From: Callorhinchus milii | Taxonomy: Eukaryota | Length of the DNA stretch: 64,000 nt | Direction of reading: 5' to 3' | NCBI RefSeq assembly: GCF_018977255.1 | Contig: NW_024704752.1 | Coordinates: forward strand, 11,780,001 to 11,844,000 | Part shown: piece after piece, positions 51,108 to 63,397 of the stretch | Layout: the number at the start of each line of letters is the position of its first letter | Position numbering within the stretch: the stretch's first letter is position 1 | Position numbers and translations under genes: made by a program | The notes under the pieces: model-generated | Databases searched by the model: none | Told to the model about the DNA's origin: nothing | What the model saw: the letters and a program-made list of their open reading frames with translations, nothing else

Positions 51108-52024
51108 CTGAACAGTTAACTGCACCTGGGGTATACCTCAACTGTATGAATGTACAAATGCTGAGGGAATACTCATTGCTCTTCTGCAACTGGTTTTAAT
51201 GGAAATATATAATGTAGACAATGCAGTGGCTTGGTAGCAGCAGCTGCACACTTTATTTGACACAGAATTTTGAAAACTGGAAACTGAATTCCCAGGAATC
51301 ACACCGGCAAATTGTTTGCTTAATAAGCTTAACAGTATTGTTGCCACACTTGTGGAACCTCTGGTGAGAATATTTCTATCCAGAGTCAAATACTCTGGCA
51401 GACCATTTAGATGGGTCACCAGAGAGCTACAAATACTCGTAACTCTGTACCTAAGCAGGAGGTAGTGGCTTCAGCACAGAAGATACCAACACACTGGAAA
51501 AATAGTGTCTGCAATCATTGTAATTTTGTGCATTTAAATCATTTGCTCAGCAAATTAATCGTGTTGGTTGCCAGAATTAATAAACGTCTTTTATCTGGGT
51601 ACGTAGCTGGAGGTACAAGATATTATCTTACTGGAATGTTAAATATACTGAGTAAGAAATTCCTTACATTCTGCGTTGACTATGGTCTGTTGGTTTTAGC
51701 AAGACTATGATTATCAGGAATAAAAAGAATTTTGGAATTATGCAAGAAAACCCCTTGCAGCAGTCTCATGCTGGTGCTGAAACTGCAAAATGAAAGCTGC
51801 GTTCCACTCAAAGTTATTAACCTGGAAAATTCCTCCAGTGATTCAATTTGTTGTCACTGCTCCCGATTAGTATCCAATTGACCTCTGCTGGAAAGTGCAT
51901 GCGTGTAAATCGGGTGAGGATAGGCTTGGAAAAGCCCCCTCATCGAGTAGTCTGCTGACACTCACTGTCTTGTTTCATGCATGATAAATGGATGCTTGAT
52001 TTAGGTACCCCTTAGATTTCTTAA

Positions 52025-52158
52025 TAATATTAGTTACATTTGATATAGCGCTTTATCACATTGTTGAGACGTCTCAAAGTGCTTCACAGAATATGCTGTA
52101 AAGTGAATTGATTGTACATGCGAAACACGGCAGCTAATTACACACAGCAGTGTCCCAT
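52025..52158 (-). mobile_element. SINE 3' part abutting the L2 tail
   Basis: catttgatatagcgctttatcacattgttgagacgtctcaaagtgcttcacag...cagcagtgtccca. Confidence 0.85.
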
Positions 52159-52166
52159 TTTGTTTA

Positions 52167-52766
52167 ACAACAAAATTACATATGTAAAGCACCTTTCACA
52201 TCGAGAGGATGTCCCAAGGCGCTGAACAGTCCGGGATCAGGATCTGAGCATCGGGGGTGGGGTAGGGTTGGGATGAGGGAAGGCAGAGAGGTCGGAGGGT
52301 GGATGAAAGCATGGTCGAAAAGGAGGGTCTTGAGTTGTGCCTTGAAGGAGGCAAGGGAGGGAGCAAGGCAAAGGAATTGTGGGATGGAGTTCCAAAGGGT
52401 GGGAGTTGAAAGCCTGGCAGCCGATGTTAGGATGGGTTGGGCGGGAGACATGGAGCATGCCAGAACCTGCTGAGCGGAGGGAGCGGACAGGTTGATAGGG
52501 GATCAGCAGGTTAGAGAGGTAGGAGGGGGCAAAGCCATGGAAGGCCTTGAAGGTGAGGATGAGAATTTTGAATTCTATCTCTGAGGGATGGAGCCGGGAG
52601 AGGGTAGAGGTGATGGGGTCACAGAACCCGGTGCGGGTGAGTACGCAAGCTGCAGAGTTCTGGATGATCTGCAGGGAAGAGTTGAGGAGGCCGACAAGGA
52701 GGGAGTTTCTGTAGTTAAGCCTTGAGGGGACGAATGCGTGTACAAGGGTCGTGGATTGAATGACCA
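52167..52766 (-). mobile_element. L2 LINE 3' ~600 bp (ORF2 C-terminus)
   Basis: ORF 52237-52767 reads LVHAFVPSRLNYRNSLL...IQNSAACVLT...EFKILILTFKAFHGFAPSYLSNLL.PYQPVRSLRS; then LWNSIP...FKAQLKTLLFDHAF and the tail. Confidence 0.95.
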
Positions 52767-55700
52767 AATTATTAAGAACCTTTAATTATTGTATTTCTAA
52801 AACAAATATGCTCAAGAATGCTTCTTCTGCAGCATAGTTGCTCAACATGCGTTCCTCAGCATATTCAATGTTTTTTTAAAAAATCTGTTAATACCACAAA
52901 TTATACCCTACTGTCTCAGTCCCTTTCACTCTTTTTCCATCAGTCTGCCCATTTGTCTGTCTCTCTCAGTACCTTTTTGGTTTCTGCTTTTGTGTACATT
53001 TCTTGCTGCAAGTGATTTAACACAAAAGCTTTCCCCTTCTTAAAAAATTCAACATCGCTAGTTTCCATAGTACGTGCAGCTTTCAAGCATATGTTTGAAT
53101 ACTCGCTTGTAAAGAACTCCTCATAGAGTTGATGCTTTGCATTCCTTCAATGCAAAGCAAAACAAGAAAACATTTGAACAGAAATTCTTTCCTACAAACA
53201 TGGCCGTCTTTTTCTTCCAGAATGTAAGGACGCATTTTTTCCTTGTAAATCCAGTGCGGGTTAAAGGATAACTTTGTCAGCCAGCTGCAAACTACAAAAC
53301 TCAAACCAATTGAATGTACTTTTGTTTCATGCTTTGTGCCATTTCAAAGTAAGTTCAGATTCGATAAAGCTCTCTCTACACCACTCCAATATGCAACAAA
53401 ATTAAATTCCAAACCTTCCTGGATTATTCTCCTGATATTTCCGTTTCCCAAATAATTTAGTGTTATGGTCTCAGGTGTGAGAAATTTCCCTGTTAATGCT
53501 AAATTACACATTCTAACGAAGAATCAAATTGGTAGTGAGTAGGAAAAGTGCAGAGACCTCTAAACAAATTTCATTTGGACCCTAAATGTTTAAGAGATTG
53601 AGAGAAGATAATATTGTTTTCTGCTCATCAAATATCTCTACATCCCTCCTCTTCTGAAAGCCTTAGGCTTCATATGAGTCTCCAGTATCACCAAAGGAGT
53701 CATTATTCAAATACAAACTAAAAACACTTTTATGTCAAATCAAGGACACAAAATAGCCTGGATGGATTTCCAATGGATTATGTTCCATATCATGGCATTG
53801 CTACAGTTTATGAAGTCTTCTAAGATGGGCAAATAAATGCAGAGACCACTTTTAAATGGAGAAAACTCTTGGCTTTTTTGGCATCTTAAAGGCAATCATC
53901 AAAATGCTCAAGGATATCAAGTTAATGTTACAAACTGCATTTAACCCTGACTAGCTGCATTCCACAGATTGCAATCCCAAGATTATAATGTAACTTGAGC
54001 CATTCAATTCAATGGAATATTTGATATGTACATCTACAAATTTCTGCTGATAAACCTCCATCTTTCCCTTACCAAACATTGAAAATGATTTGGCTGCTGC
54101 CCTAATTAATGTTTATGGGACCTTACAAGCACAAATTAGCTACCACAAATTCACTTCACTTCTAATCAATTCAATCAATTGAATTCACTTCACCTCAAAT
54201 CAATTCAACATGTTTATTTTTAGGTGAAAGGTGCTTTCACATTAATTAACTTGCCCCAATTTTTTGCTGCCTCTTGTAATCCCAGTCCATTTTTCCTGTT
54301 TGGGAATGTTCTCTTGTTCCTATATCTAAAGAAGGTACTGTCTGCTATGCTTCAAATCAATCGCACAATCTGTACTTTCAAAAAGTCATAGAAGCTGCAA
54401 ACAAATCTTAAATTAACCACTTTATCAGCTTTGGTTTAATCAGCTGTTAGCCTGGCCCATATTTTAGTCTCCCTATGTCTCCTACCCCCACAACCCCAAG
54501 TCCTCGAAATTCCTTACAATCCATATTTGGCATTTTCTGAATTATCCCATTTCTCTGCCATTCTTTTCAAACTTTAAAAATGCCCTACTCTACATTTTCA
54601 AGCATTCACCTAGGTACTCAGTTTGAGAAGGCACAATATCATAGCATTGGGGAGACAGAGAACTGGACACAAGCTAAGCATGAATTAGGAACTGAGGATC
54701 TTGCTACTGATGCAACAACATCCCCTTTGAGAAAATAGCTGCCTTCTCTGTGCTAATCATCGCCAAAGAATCTCTGCTGTCTCTCAGAGACAACTTGTGA
54801 CGTACCCGGTTTGAGGGAAGGGAAGATTGTAGGGGGGACAAGGCAACACAACCATTCTCTCTGTGGCAGGGTTCAATATTTAAATTATATTAATGAAATC
54901 AAATGATGTCAACATAAAATATGTAAAGGTCACTGACAATCTTCACATTCTTTTAGCTGGAGTCATTGAAATCAACACATATATTTTTTGTAACTGATAC
55001 ATTGCATCTGGGTAAAACCAGTTTTCATTTAACACAGAAAATGCCAATCTGGTTCCTGGAAGTGATGTGCATTTCACCTGAAGGTCTTTAAGACACTGTT
55101 TTTGTTAAAATGAATACTTTGCTGATAAAATATGAATGTGGGTCAGACTCACTGGATGCAAAAAGAGGAAATGCTCACCACAGTCGTGAACATTTCGAAA
55201 TGCACCATTCCCTGGCAGCTAATGCTATCCTCTGATATGGGCATTCCTCACAGTAAACACCACTTTAAGCTTCCAAAGCTTAAAAATAAGTTAAACTTCA
55301 TAACAGTTTCATAGCACGAAATCAACTGGGTATGACGGGTCACTCAGCTATTATTGCAAAACGTTCCTCAGTAACATTTGTTCATAGCACCACCCTACTT
55401 TTTGGTATTACACAAATCAGTTTGGCAAGGGGGAAATCTCATTAAAGTATCATTCTTAATTGTAAATTGTTTTAAATATCATCCCATTTACTATCCCTTT
55501 TTCCCTTCGATTTTTTTTAAGCGATATGGTTATTTAAACAGTAACAGACTAACTAATACTTTGAGGGATGCAAGTTAATGCCAGTAAATATAATCACTAA
55601 CCAAAGTGCTTACAGCAATTTCTTCAACTGAATCACTGACAAAGAAAGAGCCATACATGGAAAGTTTTATTGCAAAACATTCAATTGAACAAAAGCAGAA

Positions 55701-55954
55701 TAAAAGTGTTCAAAGGTAAAACTGCTTTGACCAAACCCTATGCTTTAGCCTGCAGCGTGTGACTAAGTTCTTCCAGTATGGGATGTTGAAACTACTGAAC
55801 ACTCGTCTAACCATTTCCTCGGACTTGAATCAGCTCCAAAATCCAGTTCCATTCTTAATGAATAATACGAGCCTCATTTATCAGCTAGTGAGCTATTGAT
55901 AATTACCCAGTCAGACTGGCAGCTGCCACAGACAAACCTCTCGTAACGTAACAA

Positions 55955-56135
55955 ATGAGGTGTCGAAGATTATGAAAGAATTTGACAGGGTGGAGCACAT
56001 GTCGACAAGCCCAGAAAGAGGGGGCATAAATATAACATAACCAGCGTTAAACCTAAAATGGAGTTCAAAAGGATCTTCTTTACGCAGAGGGTGGTGAGAA
56101 TGTACAATTATCGCTGGAAGCTGCCTTTGAAACAA
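55955..56135 (+). mobile_element. CR1 LINE ORF2 3' fragment
   Basis: EVSKIMKEFDRV...GHKY...EFKRIFFTQRVVRMYN matches the CR1 FFTQRVV.WN.LP motif. Confidence 0.75.
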
Positions 56136-56516
56136 AAAAGTGGCAGACGTAGTAGCTGGACTATGTACAGTAGTATTCCAAGAACTGTGTTACCTATAAC
56201 AGGCGTCTGTCTGCCTCTAAGGGGTGCAGTACAATGGATGTACAGTTTTACACTGTCTGTTATCTGTGGGGATTGAGTTCCCTTATCTTGCTTCATTACT
56301 GCTCCATAAGGTAACAGCCAAAGAGAGTCCTCGAGTAACACAATAAAATAAAGTGGTTTGGTTTAAAGTGGTAAGCACATTGTCCATGTCCACGACAGTG
56401 GTGGTGTGCGCAATGAGCACGACTTAGGAATGCGAATGCCCCATTCTTTGGAACAGATTGTCTTTGTCGAAGAGGAATTCTTTGCGCATTAGCAAAGGTA
56501 TGTCTGAAGAAGGCAA

Positions 56517-56537
56517 TTAAGAAACACCATCATCTGT
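56517..56537 (-). CDS. Candidate alternative terminal exon start (phase 0: TDDGVS*)
   Basis: Strong acceptor ctcattcacctttttgtctctttcag|ACAG; stops occur early in all frames. Confidence 0.3.
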   Translation of the reverse strand, partial: TDDGVS

Positions 56538-56853
56538 CTGAAAGAGACAAAAAGGTGAATGAGACAGAGGCTTGGCTGTACTGGAAGCCGAGCTCTTCAT
56601 GCCTCTCTCACCATTGGAATGCCGTTGCTAAGACAACAGCTTTGCCTGTTCCAGACTGTTACCACAGCCATTTAACCTCGTCCTCCACCACCATTGATTT
56701 CCTTTGATGACAGTGATGGGAGCTTTCCCTTATGCTTATCTCCATGGGCCGTTAGGATGGGAGTCAAGAGAGCTGACCCCTTCTCTGTGGCTTCACAGGC
56801 CGGGCTGCCATTTACATTGTGACCAAGCTGATGGACCGGTTATACATTGCAGC

Positions 56854-56907
56854 TCAGACACACTCTGATCCAGTTTCCATCACAGTGTATTCTTTGGGGT
56901 CACTTGG
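56854..56907 (-). CDS. Candidate alternative terminal exon (phase 0: PSDPKEYTVMETGSECV*)
   Basis: Acceptor cttttgtgccatctccag|. Protein-like 17-aa tail in a repeat-free island. Confidence 0.3.
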   Translation of the reverse strand, partial: PSDPKEYTVMETGSECV

Positions 56908-57249
56908 CTGGAGATGGCACAAAAGTCTAATTGCAGTGGCTGAGTTGAGCGTGCTCTTCCAACTTCAAGACGGAATTAATAATAGTTAATTATTATCGAT
57001 AATTAATTATTAATAATAATTATTGAACTTCGCAAAAATAGGAAAAATACTCAACTGGTTTATAAGTTACATGCTTTGTGTTCGTCAAAGGGAAATATTT
57101 CAGTGATAGAAAATGAAACAATTTCACACATGAAGCATTCTGCCTACAGGTGTAGCAAGGCCAGAGTATAATTTGCACACTGTCTCATTAAGTTGGACTC
57201 ACATCAGTGACTATATACAGTACAAAGATATACTTTCTCACATGAAAGT

Positions 57250-57800
57250 GATGAATCTTGCTGAGGTAACTGTCACCCACAGGACATTTTTAATAGTCTA
57301 AGCCTAGACAGTGATTGTCAGCAGGCTATTCGACCATAGGAGGGCATCACAACTGAACTTGATCCAGTCTTAACCTGTTATTTGCACCTCTGACATAGTC
57401 AACAGAGAGTGATAAGGACTCAGAAACCATGGGTGATTTTCCTCTCCCTAACCTAGGTTCCAAGGTTGATTGCAACAGTTCAACTCGCATCCCAGCTGAG
57501 ATCAGACCTATCACATTGGCAGGAATGTCATTGCCTGGTTTGAAACCGAGCCAGATCCAGAAGATTCCAGGGTCAATCCTGGGCCATTGTTAAGTTAGCT
57601 CCTATTAGCAGTGAACAAAAAAAACAGTTGAGGTCCCCGCTCTTCCACTCTTGATAGTGTGTGTGAGGATTAAACGAGGAAAAGATCGAGCGTGAATGTG
57701 GTATCTCCTACAGTCTAACAGCCTGTCAACATTTGGTCTCGGCTCATGCGTCAAGAATGGTCACCTGGGTAAAGTGCTGGAAAATGGCCAGTATCTATAG
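57250..57800. mobile_element. Two family A SINE copies head-to-head (57250-57510 minus, 57540-57800 plus)
   Basis: agcctagacagtgattgtcagcaggctattcgacc (57301) is the reverse complement of cagtctaacagcctgtcaacatttggtctcggctc (57711). Confidence 0.65.
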
Positions 57801-58650
57801 AAAGGAATTTTGTTGAGAGGATGTGACAACATTGAAGACGGAAAAAGAAATGGGAGCGAGGATTGAGTAGTGAGAAAGATGATTGAATGCGAGTGGAATA
57901 TTGTGATTTCTGAGTTCCTTGCACTATGCCTTTAGATTAGGAAGGTAGAGAGCAGATCCTGGCTCATTTTTCTCGTTCTAGTCTAAGGTTATCAAGGCTG
58001 GTCTTCTACTACTACCCAGCTGAGATTAGCAAACTCGACCCAGACCAGGGATCAAACCAGCAGCCTCCTTGTTCTCTTTGGCTCATTTGGATAGAGCCAT
58101 CAACACATGAACATTGCTACACACTCAATTCTTCTGTACGCTCAGTGACCTGTGAATCTGTTCTCAATACGTAATTAGATTGTGCAACACTTTTAGCAAA
58201 AACTACGCATTCACAAATACATCATATTTTGACAATTCTCATGGGTAAAAAAATACTATTGCCACCCAGGTGGCCTGAATAAAATTTCACAGAATCCGGT
58301 GACCATAGAAATAAAAACACAGCTAAAGAAACACAGTAATTCAATGGAGAGCAGAGCGAGCAGTACAATAATAAAAATAACTGCACCACTGGGGTTCGTT
58401 TGCGCTTGGTATTTAAACTGCTTAAGAGTGTCCTAAAGGCTTCTACCTTCAACTTGGCTGATAATATAACAGCTAGTAAAAGACCATTCGGCAGTGCTCA
58501 GAAGCTATAACGTTAAGTTTCAATTATTGCTACTGTTTGAGATACAAGGTTGATCGATTTTTTGATTGAATTTATTTAACTGATTTGTTCCTGTGCATAC
58601 ACAAAAGGTGTATTTTAAATGAGATCCGAGAGGATTCATGACAAACAAAC

Positions 58651-58662
58651 TATGTATGTATG

Positions 58663-58696
<34 letters not shown>

Positions 58697-58726
58697 TGTA
58701 TGTATGTATGTATGTATGTATGTATG
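58651..58726. repeat. (TATG)n microsatellite
   Basis: About 19 near-perfect units. Confidence 0.98.
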
Positions 58727-59959
58727 TCATGCAGAATTATGTATAGTTCCAGTACTGAGGATTGCCTGCCAACACTTTTGAGAAATGGAACATTCCGTTT
58801 GATAAACGGTTTGAATAGCTGATGATTTTCCTCTTACTCATTTATTAAACAGCTGACCTTGGGATTCTAGATGCCGTATTACTCTGTATGTTTCAGTGGC
58901 AGAACACGAAAGGAATCCATGGTCCACTACGCACCACCACATTGTTACTGCATTCCAGTAAGGCAAGTCTGAACTTTAAAGCTGGTTGGATCCACAAAAA
59001 TGATTTACTATTGTGTCATGACAAAGTAGAATTTACTGAGCTGACTCAGGCATTCTCTGGTTTTTAGCTAAAAGCTAATGTCTACAAATGCAGAGTTCAA
59101 ATATCATGAACCTTCTACAAGAAGCTCAGATTAAATCAGACTAAATTTTCCCTCTCTCTACACTGCCACCCATCAAACTTTCTCCCAATTTCTTGGCTGG
59201 AGGCAACAAATATTATGCGTTCTAGTCATCCATTTCCTTACTTAATATGAATGTATACATTCTGTTAATTGTACCTTGCATTTCGTATAGCGCCTAATCA
59301 CACCATCGAGACGTCTCAAAGCATTTCATAAGATAAACTGCAAAATGGATTGACTGTATTTTATGGGCAAAACAGTAAAGGTTAACACAAGTTTTTAAAA
59401 AACAATTGCAGTCAAGTTGCTTTACTAGTGACCCTCAGCAACATTCAAAGAAAAAAATATTTGCCTGTCTCTGCCATTTCCATGTGATTCGTTGGATTAT
59501 GTCCGAAAGACAACATTGAACTAAATGGGAATACAGAAGGCCTTTTTTCCTAGTGTTACAAACAAGATATACAAAGTGGCAGGGGGCGGCAAAGGGGGAA
59601 AACGTTTGCTACAGAATCTGATCCAAATATCGTTCCATGTGATAGCTCTCAACATGCATTTCCTATGCAGTTAAAGCAGGAAAGTAAAATGAGTGTGCAT
59701 TGTGAGGTGTTCCAAGCAAATTATTTCCCAGCCAAGGGAATTGCACAACATTGTCAAGCGCTGATGTATTGGATGTTCAGATATTTAAAGAATTTCCTCC
59801 TTTTCCTCTCTTAGTCGTGCGTAGCATTTGGGAATATAATACAATTTCCAGCACAATTTACATTTATATAGCGCCTTTCACTTGGTGAGGACATCTCAAA
59901 GCGCATAGCTGGCTGGGGGAAGCTAAACATGGTGTAGGCTGGAAGATGACCTAAATATT

Positions 59960-60195
59960 TATAATAATAATTCTTGCATTTGATATAGCACCTTACCACA
60001 TCAGAAAGACATCTTAAAAGGATTTCATATGAAATCGAGTGACAGTACAACTGAGCACAGTGCTGCCCCACATATAGTCATGAAGTGAATGACCAATTTT
60101 ATTTTGGGGGATTGTTGCCCAGGATTCCGGGAGAAACTCCCTTCCTTTTTTTTTTGAATAGTGCCAATGGACCTTAAAGGTCCACCAAATAGGCA
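59960..60195 (-). mobile_element. Deu-SINE
   Basis: Tail ttcttgcatttgatatagcacc; gaatgaccaattttattttgggggattgttgcccaggattccgggagaaactcc. Confidence 0.8.
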
Positions 60196-60240
60196 AATAG
60201 TTAAACCCGGTTTATTGTCTCAAAAAGGTTAAATCTTGAG

Positions 60241-60265
60241 GGTGGGGGGGGGGGGGGGGGGGGGG
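60241..60265. repeat. Poly-G run
   Basis: About 22 consecutive G; a similar run lies at ~46114-46129. Confidence 0.95.
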
Positions 60266-61054
60266 CTTTGAAGAGGCTGATATGTGATTACTTCTCACTA
60301 TTTGTGCCTCATACAGAATTTACAGGGGGGTTTGATAAGGTGGACACAAACCATTGTGTTGCCTACATTTGTCAAAATGTCCTTTACACAATATCAGTCA
60401 ACTGATAACAATGCCACCTGTAAGATACCTATGAAACAGATCACAACAAATAAAATGAGGTTTCTTTTTCATTGAATGGTGAAATAATTCAGCAAATCAC
60501 ATAGACCTCTAATTTTTGAGATTTTGGATTTGCTATAATACTGGATATTTCAGTAAACGCACAACTATACCATTGAAGAGCGTTGCAACAAATAGTAACG
60601 GTTGTCCAAAGTAACAGTGTCTAAAATGACCTGTAACCACTGACATGTTCAACTATAGTAGTCAATCGTAGGCCAGTGGAATGATATTGTTTTAGATAGT
60701 TGGGAGTGGTAATAAAGGTTGGCAAGTTGTTCACTGAGTTAAATATGAGCCATAAGAGCAAAGCTCAAATTATGTCATGTGAATGCCTGATTACACTAGA
60801 GCTTATGCTCTCTTTATAATCCATTTTTATAGTATTTGATTAAACATCATTAAAATGAAAACAATGTGAATAAATTAAAAGGAGGGCTGATGCAATGCTG
60901 TTTGATGATGAAAGGACATTGAGGGTTTCAGTCAGAACACTGTCACATAATTCATAGATAAGAAAGCATAGATATGGATTTTTAATTTATAATAAACCTT
61001 GCATAAGGTATAGTGCCTTATATTAACGACACATCCCAAAGAACTTCACGGAAA

Positions 61055-61245
61055 ATGAAGTTTTTCCTGGAGTCCTGGGCAATCAATCCTCCAAATAAAA
61101 AAAATGTTCATTCACATCATGGGTGTTTGTGTGACATTGCTGTGCGCAAATTAGTTGCCATGTTCGCCTCCACATACACGATCACTACACTTTGCAGTGA
61201 AGTGCTTTGAGACATCCTCTTGACATGAAAGGCGCTATATCAAAA
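61055..61245 (+). mobile_element. Deu-SINE 3' half
   Basis: cctggagtcctgggcaa...gacattgctgtgcgcaaatt...gctttgagacatcctcttgacatgaaaggcgctatatcaaa. Confidence 0.8.
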
Positions 61246-63080
61246 TACATGGAAGGCAAAATGCCAGGAAGGAAGGACCTCTGCCCTGAACTAAAATCTT
61301 TATATCTCTGACTCATGCAACATAGAATCACTCATAGCAGTTACAAAATCCTTCTGTGCAAACTACAATAGGTTCCCAAACACAATCCCATGTCACATCA
61401 CTAACACACGCAAGGTAGTTTACTATTAACATCTGCTTCCTAGTTACGATTTGACAAGCACCTGTGATGTAGTCATCAGTCAGTCAAGCCATCAGCTGTT
61501 ATGCTCACAAACTTCAACTTCTGAGTCATTTCCACTCTCTCAATTGGTGCTTATACTTTGAAATTCTGTGGTATAAATTGTGCAGCGTGGTTACGAGAGC
61601 AGGCCCAATTATAGTACAATGGAGCTGAATTAGTTACTCCCAATGGATCTAAGAGAAATGTCCCTCCAGTTGTCCGTTGCCTGGCTTGAAAGTTTTTAGG
61701 GAATGTGAAATCGGACACATTTATATACAAGCATTGTAAATAAATTGATATTAATCTCTTGTAGATTTGAAGCGAGACCCTGGCAGGTAGTGCAGTGTAT
61801 TCATAGAGCAGAATATTTGATACCTCCTGGTGTAGGCTGTCTGTACCGACTTCAGGTATCCCAATCTTTGGGATTTTTGAACTGAATGAGACTAATTAGA
61901 TATCATATCTGAAATTAAAGTGTCATTTCACATTATATTCGTGAGGAATTTGAAAAAATTAATTGATTCCCACAAGTTCAACCATTTTTTAAAAAAAACT
62001 GCAGAGTAGAAATTTCACTTGTGTCTAGATTTACCCTATTTCAGTAACAATTTGTCAAGTTCTTTAACACGGCCTTAATATTGAAATTCTTTTAATTTTT
62101 CCCCAATGCATGTTCCATCCATGAAGATATTGTGTTTCTCTCTCTGCTTTCCAGTGATCAAGGTGTCAACTTCCTTTATTGCCATCATTTTTACCATGTG
62201 AAGAAAGCTCGCAGACTGCAAAGATTAAGTAGCTGCGAAGTAAATGGTTGGGGGTTTTAACCACCTAAGTCTTGTCAAAGGCAACAACAACAAGGTGAGG
62301 AATTCCTGCAATGCGATTTGATTCAGCGTTTTACTCCATACGGCAAAAGTCACAATACTTCACCAAAAGCAAACATGCCATCTGGTACTGAAATCTGGCA
62401 GATATTTGTAGAATGTTATCTAACACCTCCTGAACGAGCAGAGACAGCCTCTTTATCAGCACATTCTTAACAACAGGGATTGAAATTCGTTCTATTTCAA
62501 AGATGGCAAAAATCTGACACTTTGGGTTCTGGGGCCCCTTCAGTGATGCATTTGCACGCTCCTTTGGTTGATTGTCTCACAACACATAGTGAAAACACTA
62601 TAGAGGGTGGATATCCACTGGTCTTAAAAACAACCAGCTTCCAAATTAAAATTCACTTTGGAGAATGTTCAGTAAATCATAATTTTTAATGACATAACAG
62701 CTAACATTAGGTGGAATTTCAAGGCCCAGGATTACAATTAGGAGGTGATGAAAGGTCACTTGTTTGGATCGTAGACAGTCTGACATTAACCCATCAACTT
62801 CTACTGGGCCATTTAAAAATGCAAAGACTTGTGTTCCCCTTTTATAATATCTCAAGTAGCATCTTTCTGTAGCTTTCCAAGAATCTGAAACAATCTTCAA
62901 TTAGATTGTATTTTCATTACTCTGTGGTTTTACACATTAACACATGAGGGCTCAGTGCCAATAGAAGGCCCAGTTTGACAATGGTTTTCTAATAATTCAA
63001 ACACATTTTAATGAAAAGGTTGAGGCTGCACCATAAGCAATGCACAAGTGTCAGCACCACCATGTAATGATCACTCACTG

Positions 63081-63397
63081 TGGAGTCCTGTAGCTCAGTG
63101 GTTAGAGCACTCGCTTTGCAAGTGAGAGACCTGAGTTCAATTCCAGGCAGGGCGAAACCTTGGGCAAGTTTCCTTACTCCACACAGAGCCTAATAATAAT
63201 CCCTCCAAAAATAAAAAAAAACAATAATAAATTGGTCATTTTCAATCTACGACTGTTTGTGGACATTGCTGTGCGCAATTGGCTGCCGCGTTCGCCCACA
63301 AATATACAGTCAATTCACTTTACAGTGTGTTCTGTGAAGCGCTTTGGGACGTCCTCCCGACGTGAAAAGCGCTATATCAAATGCAAGGATTATTATT
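63081..63397 (+). mobile_element. Young full-length SINE (short subfamily)
   Basis: A-box tagctcagtgg (63091-63101), B-box gagttcaattcc (63133-63144), Deu core with intact CpGs, tail gcgctttgggacgtcctcccgacgtgaaaagcgctatatcaaatgcaaggattattatt. Confidence 0.95.

Noticed and set aside
54148-54208. 27-bp imperfect tandem duplication
   Set aside because: Ordinary local slippage in a decayed SINE fragment.
56974-57025. AT-only quasi-palindromic stretch
   Set aside because: Low complexity; self-complementarity is expected.
58619-58822. ORF with a YVCM repeat
   Set aside because: Translation of the (TATG)n microsatellite.
63081-63155. tRNA gene
   Set aside because: The A and B boxes run directly into SINE body and tail; this is a SINE head (likewise 32180-32255 and 9205-9285).
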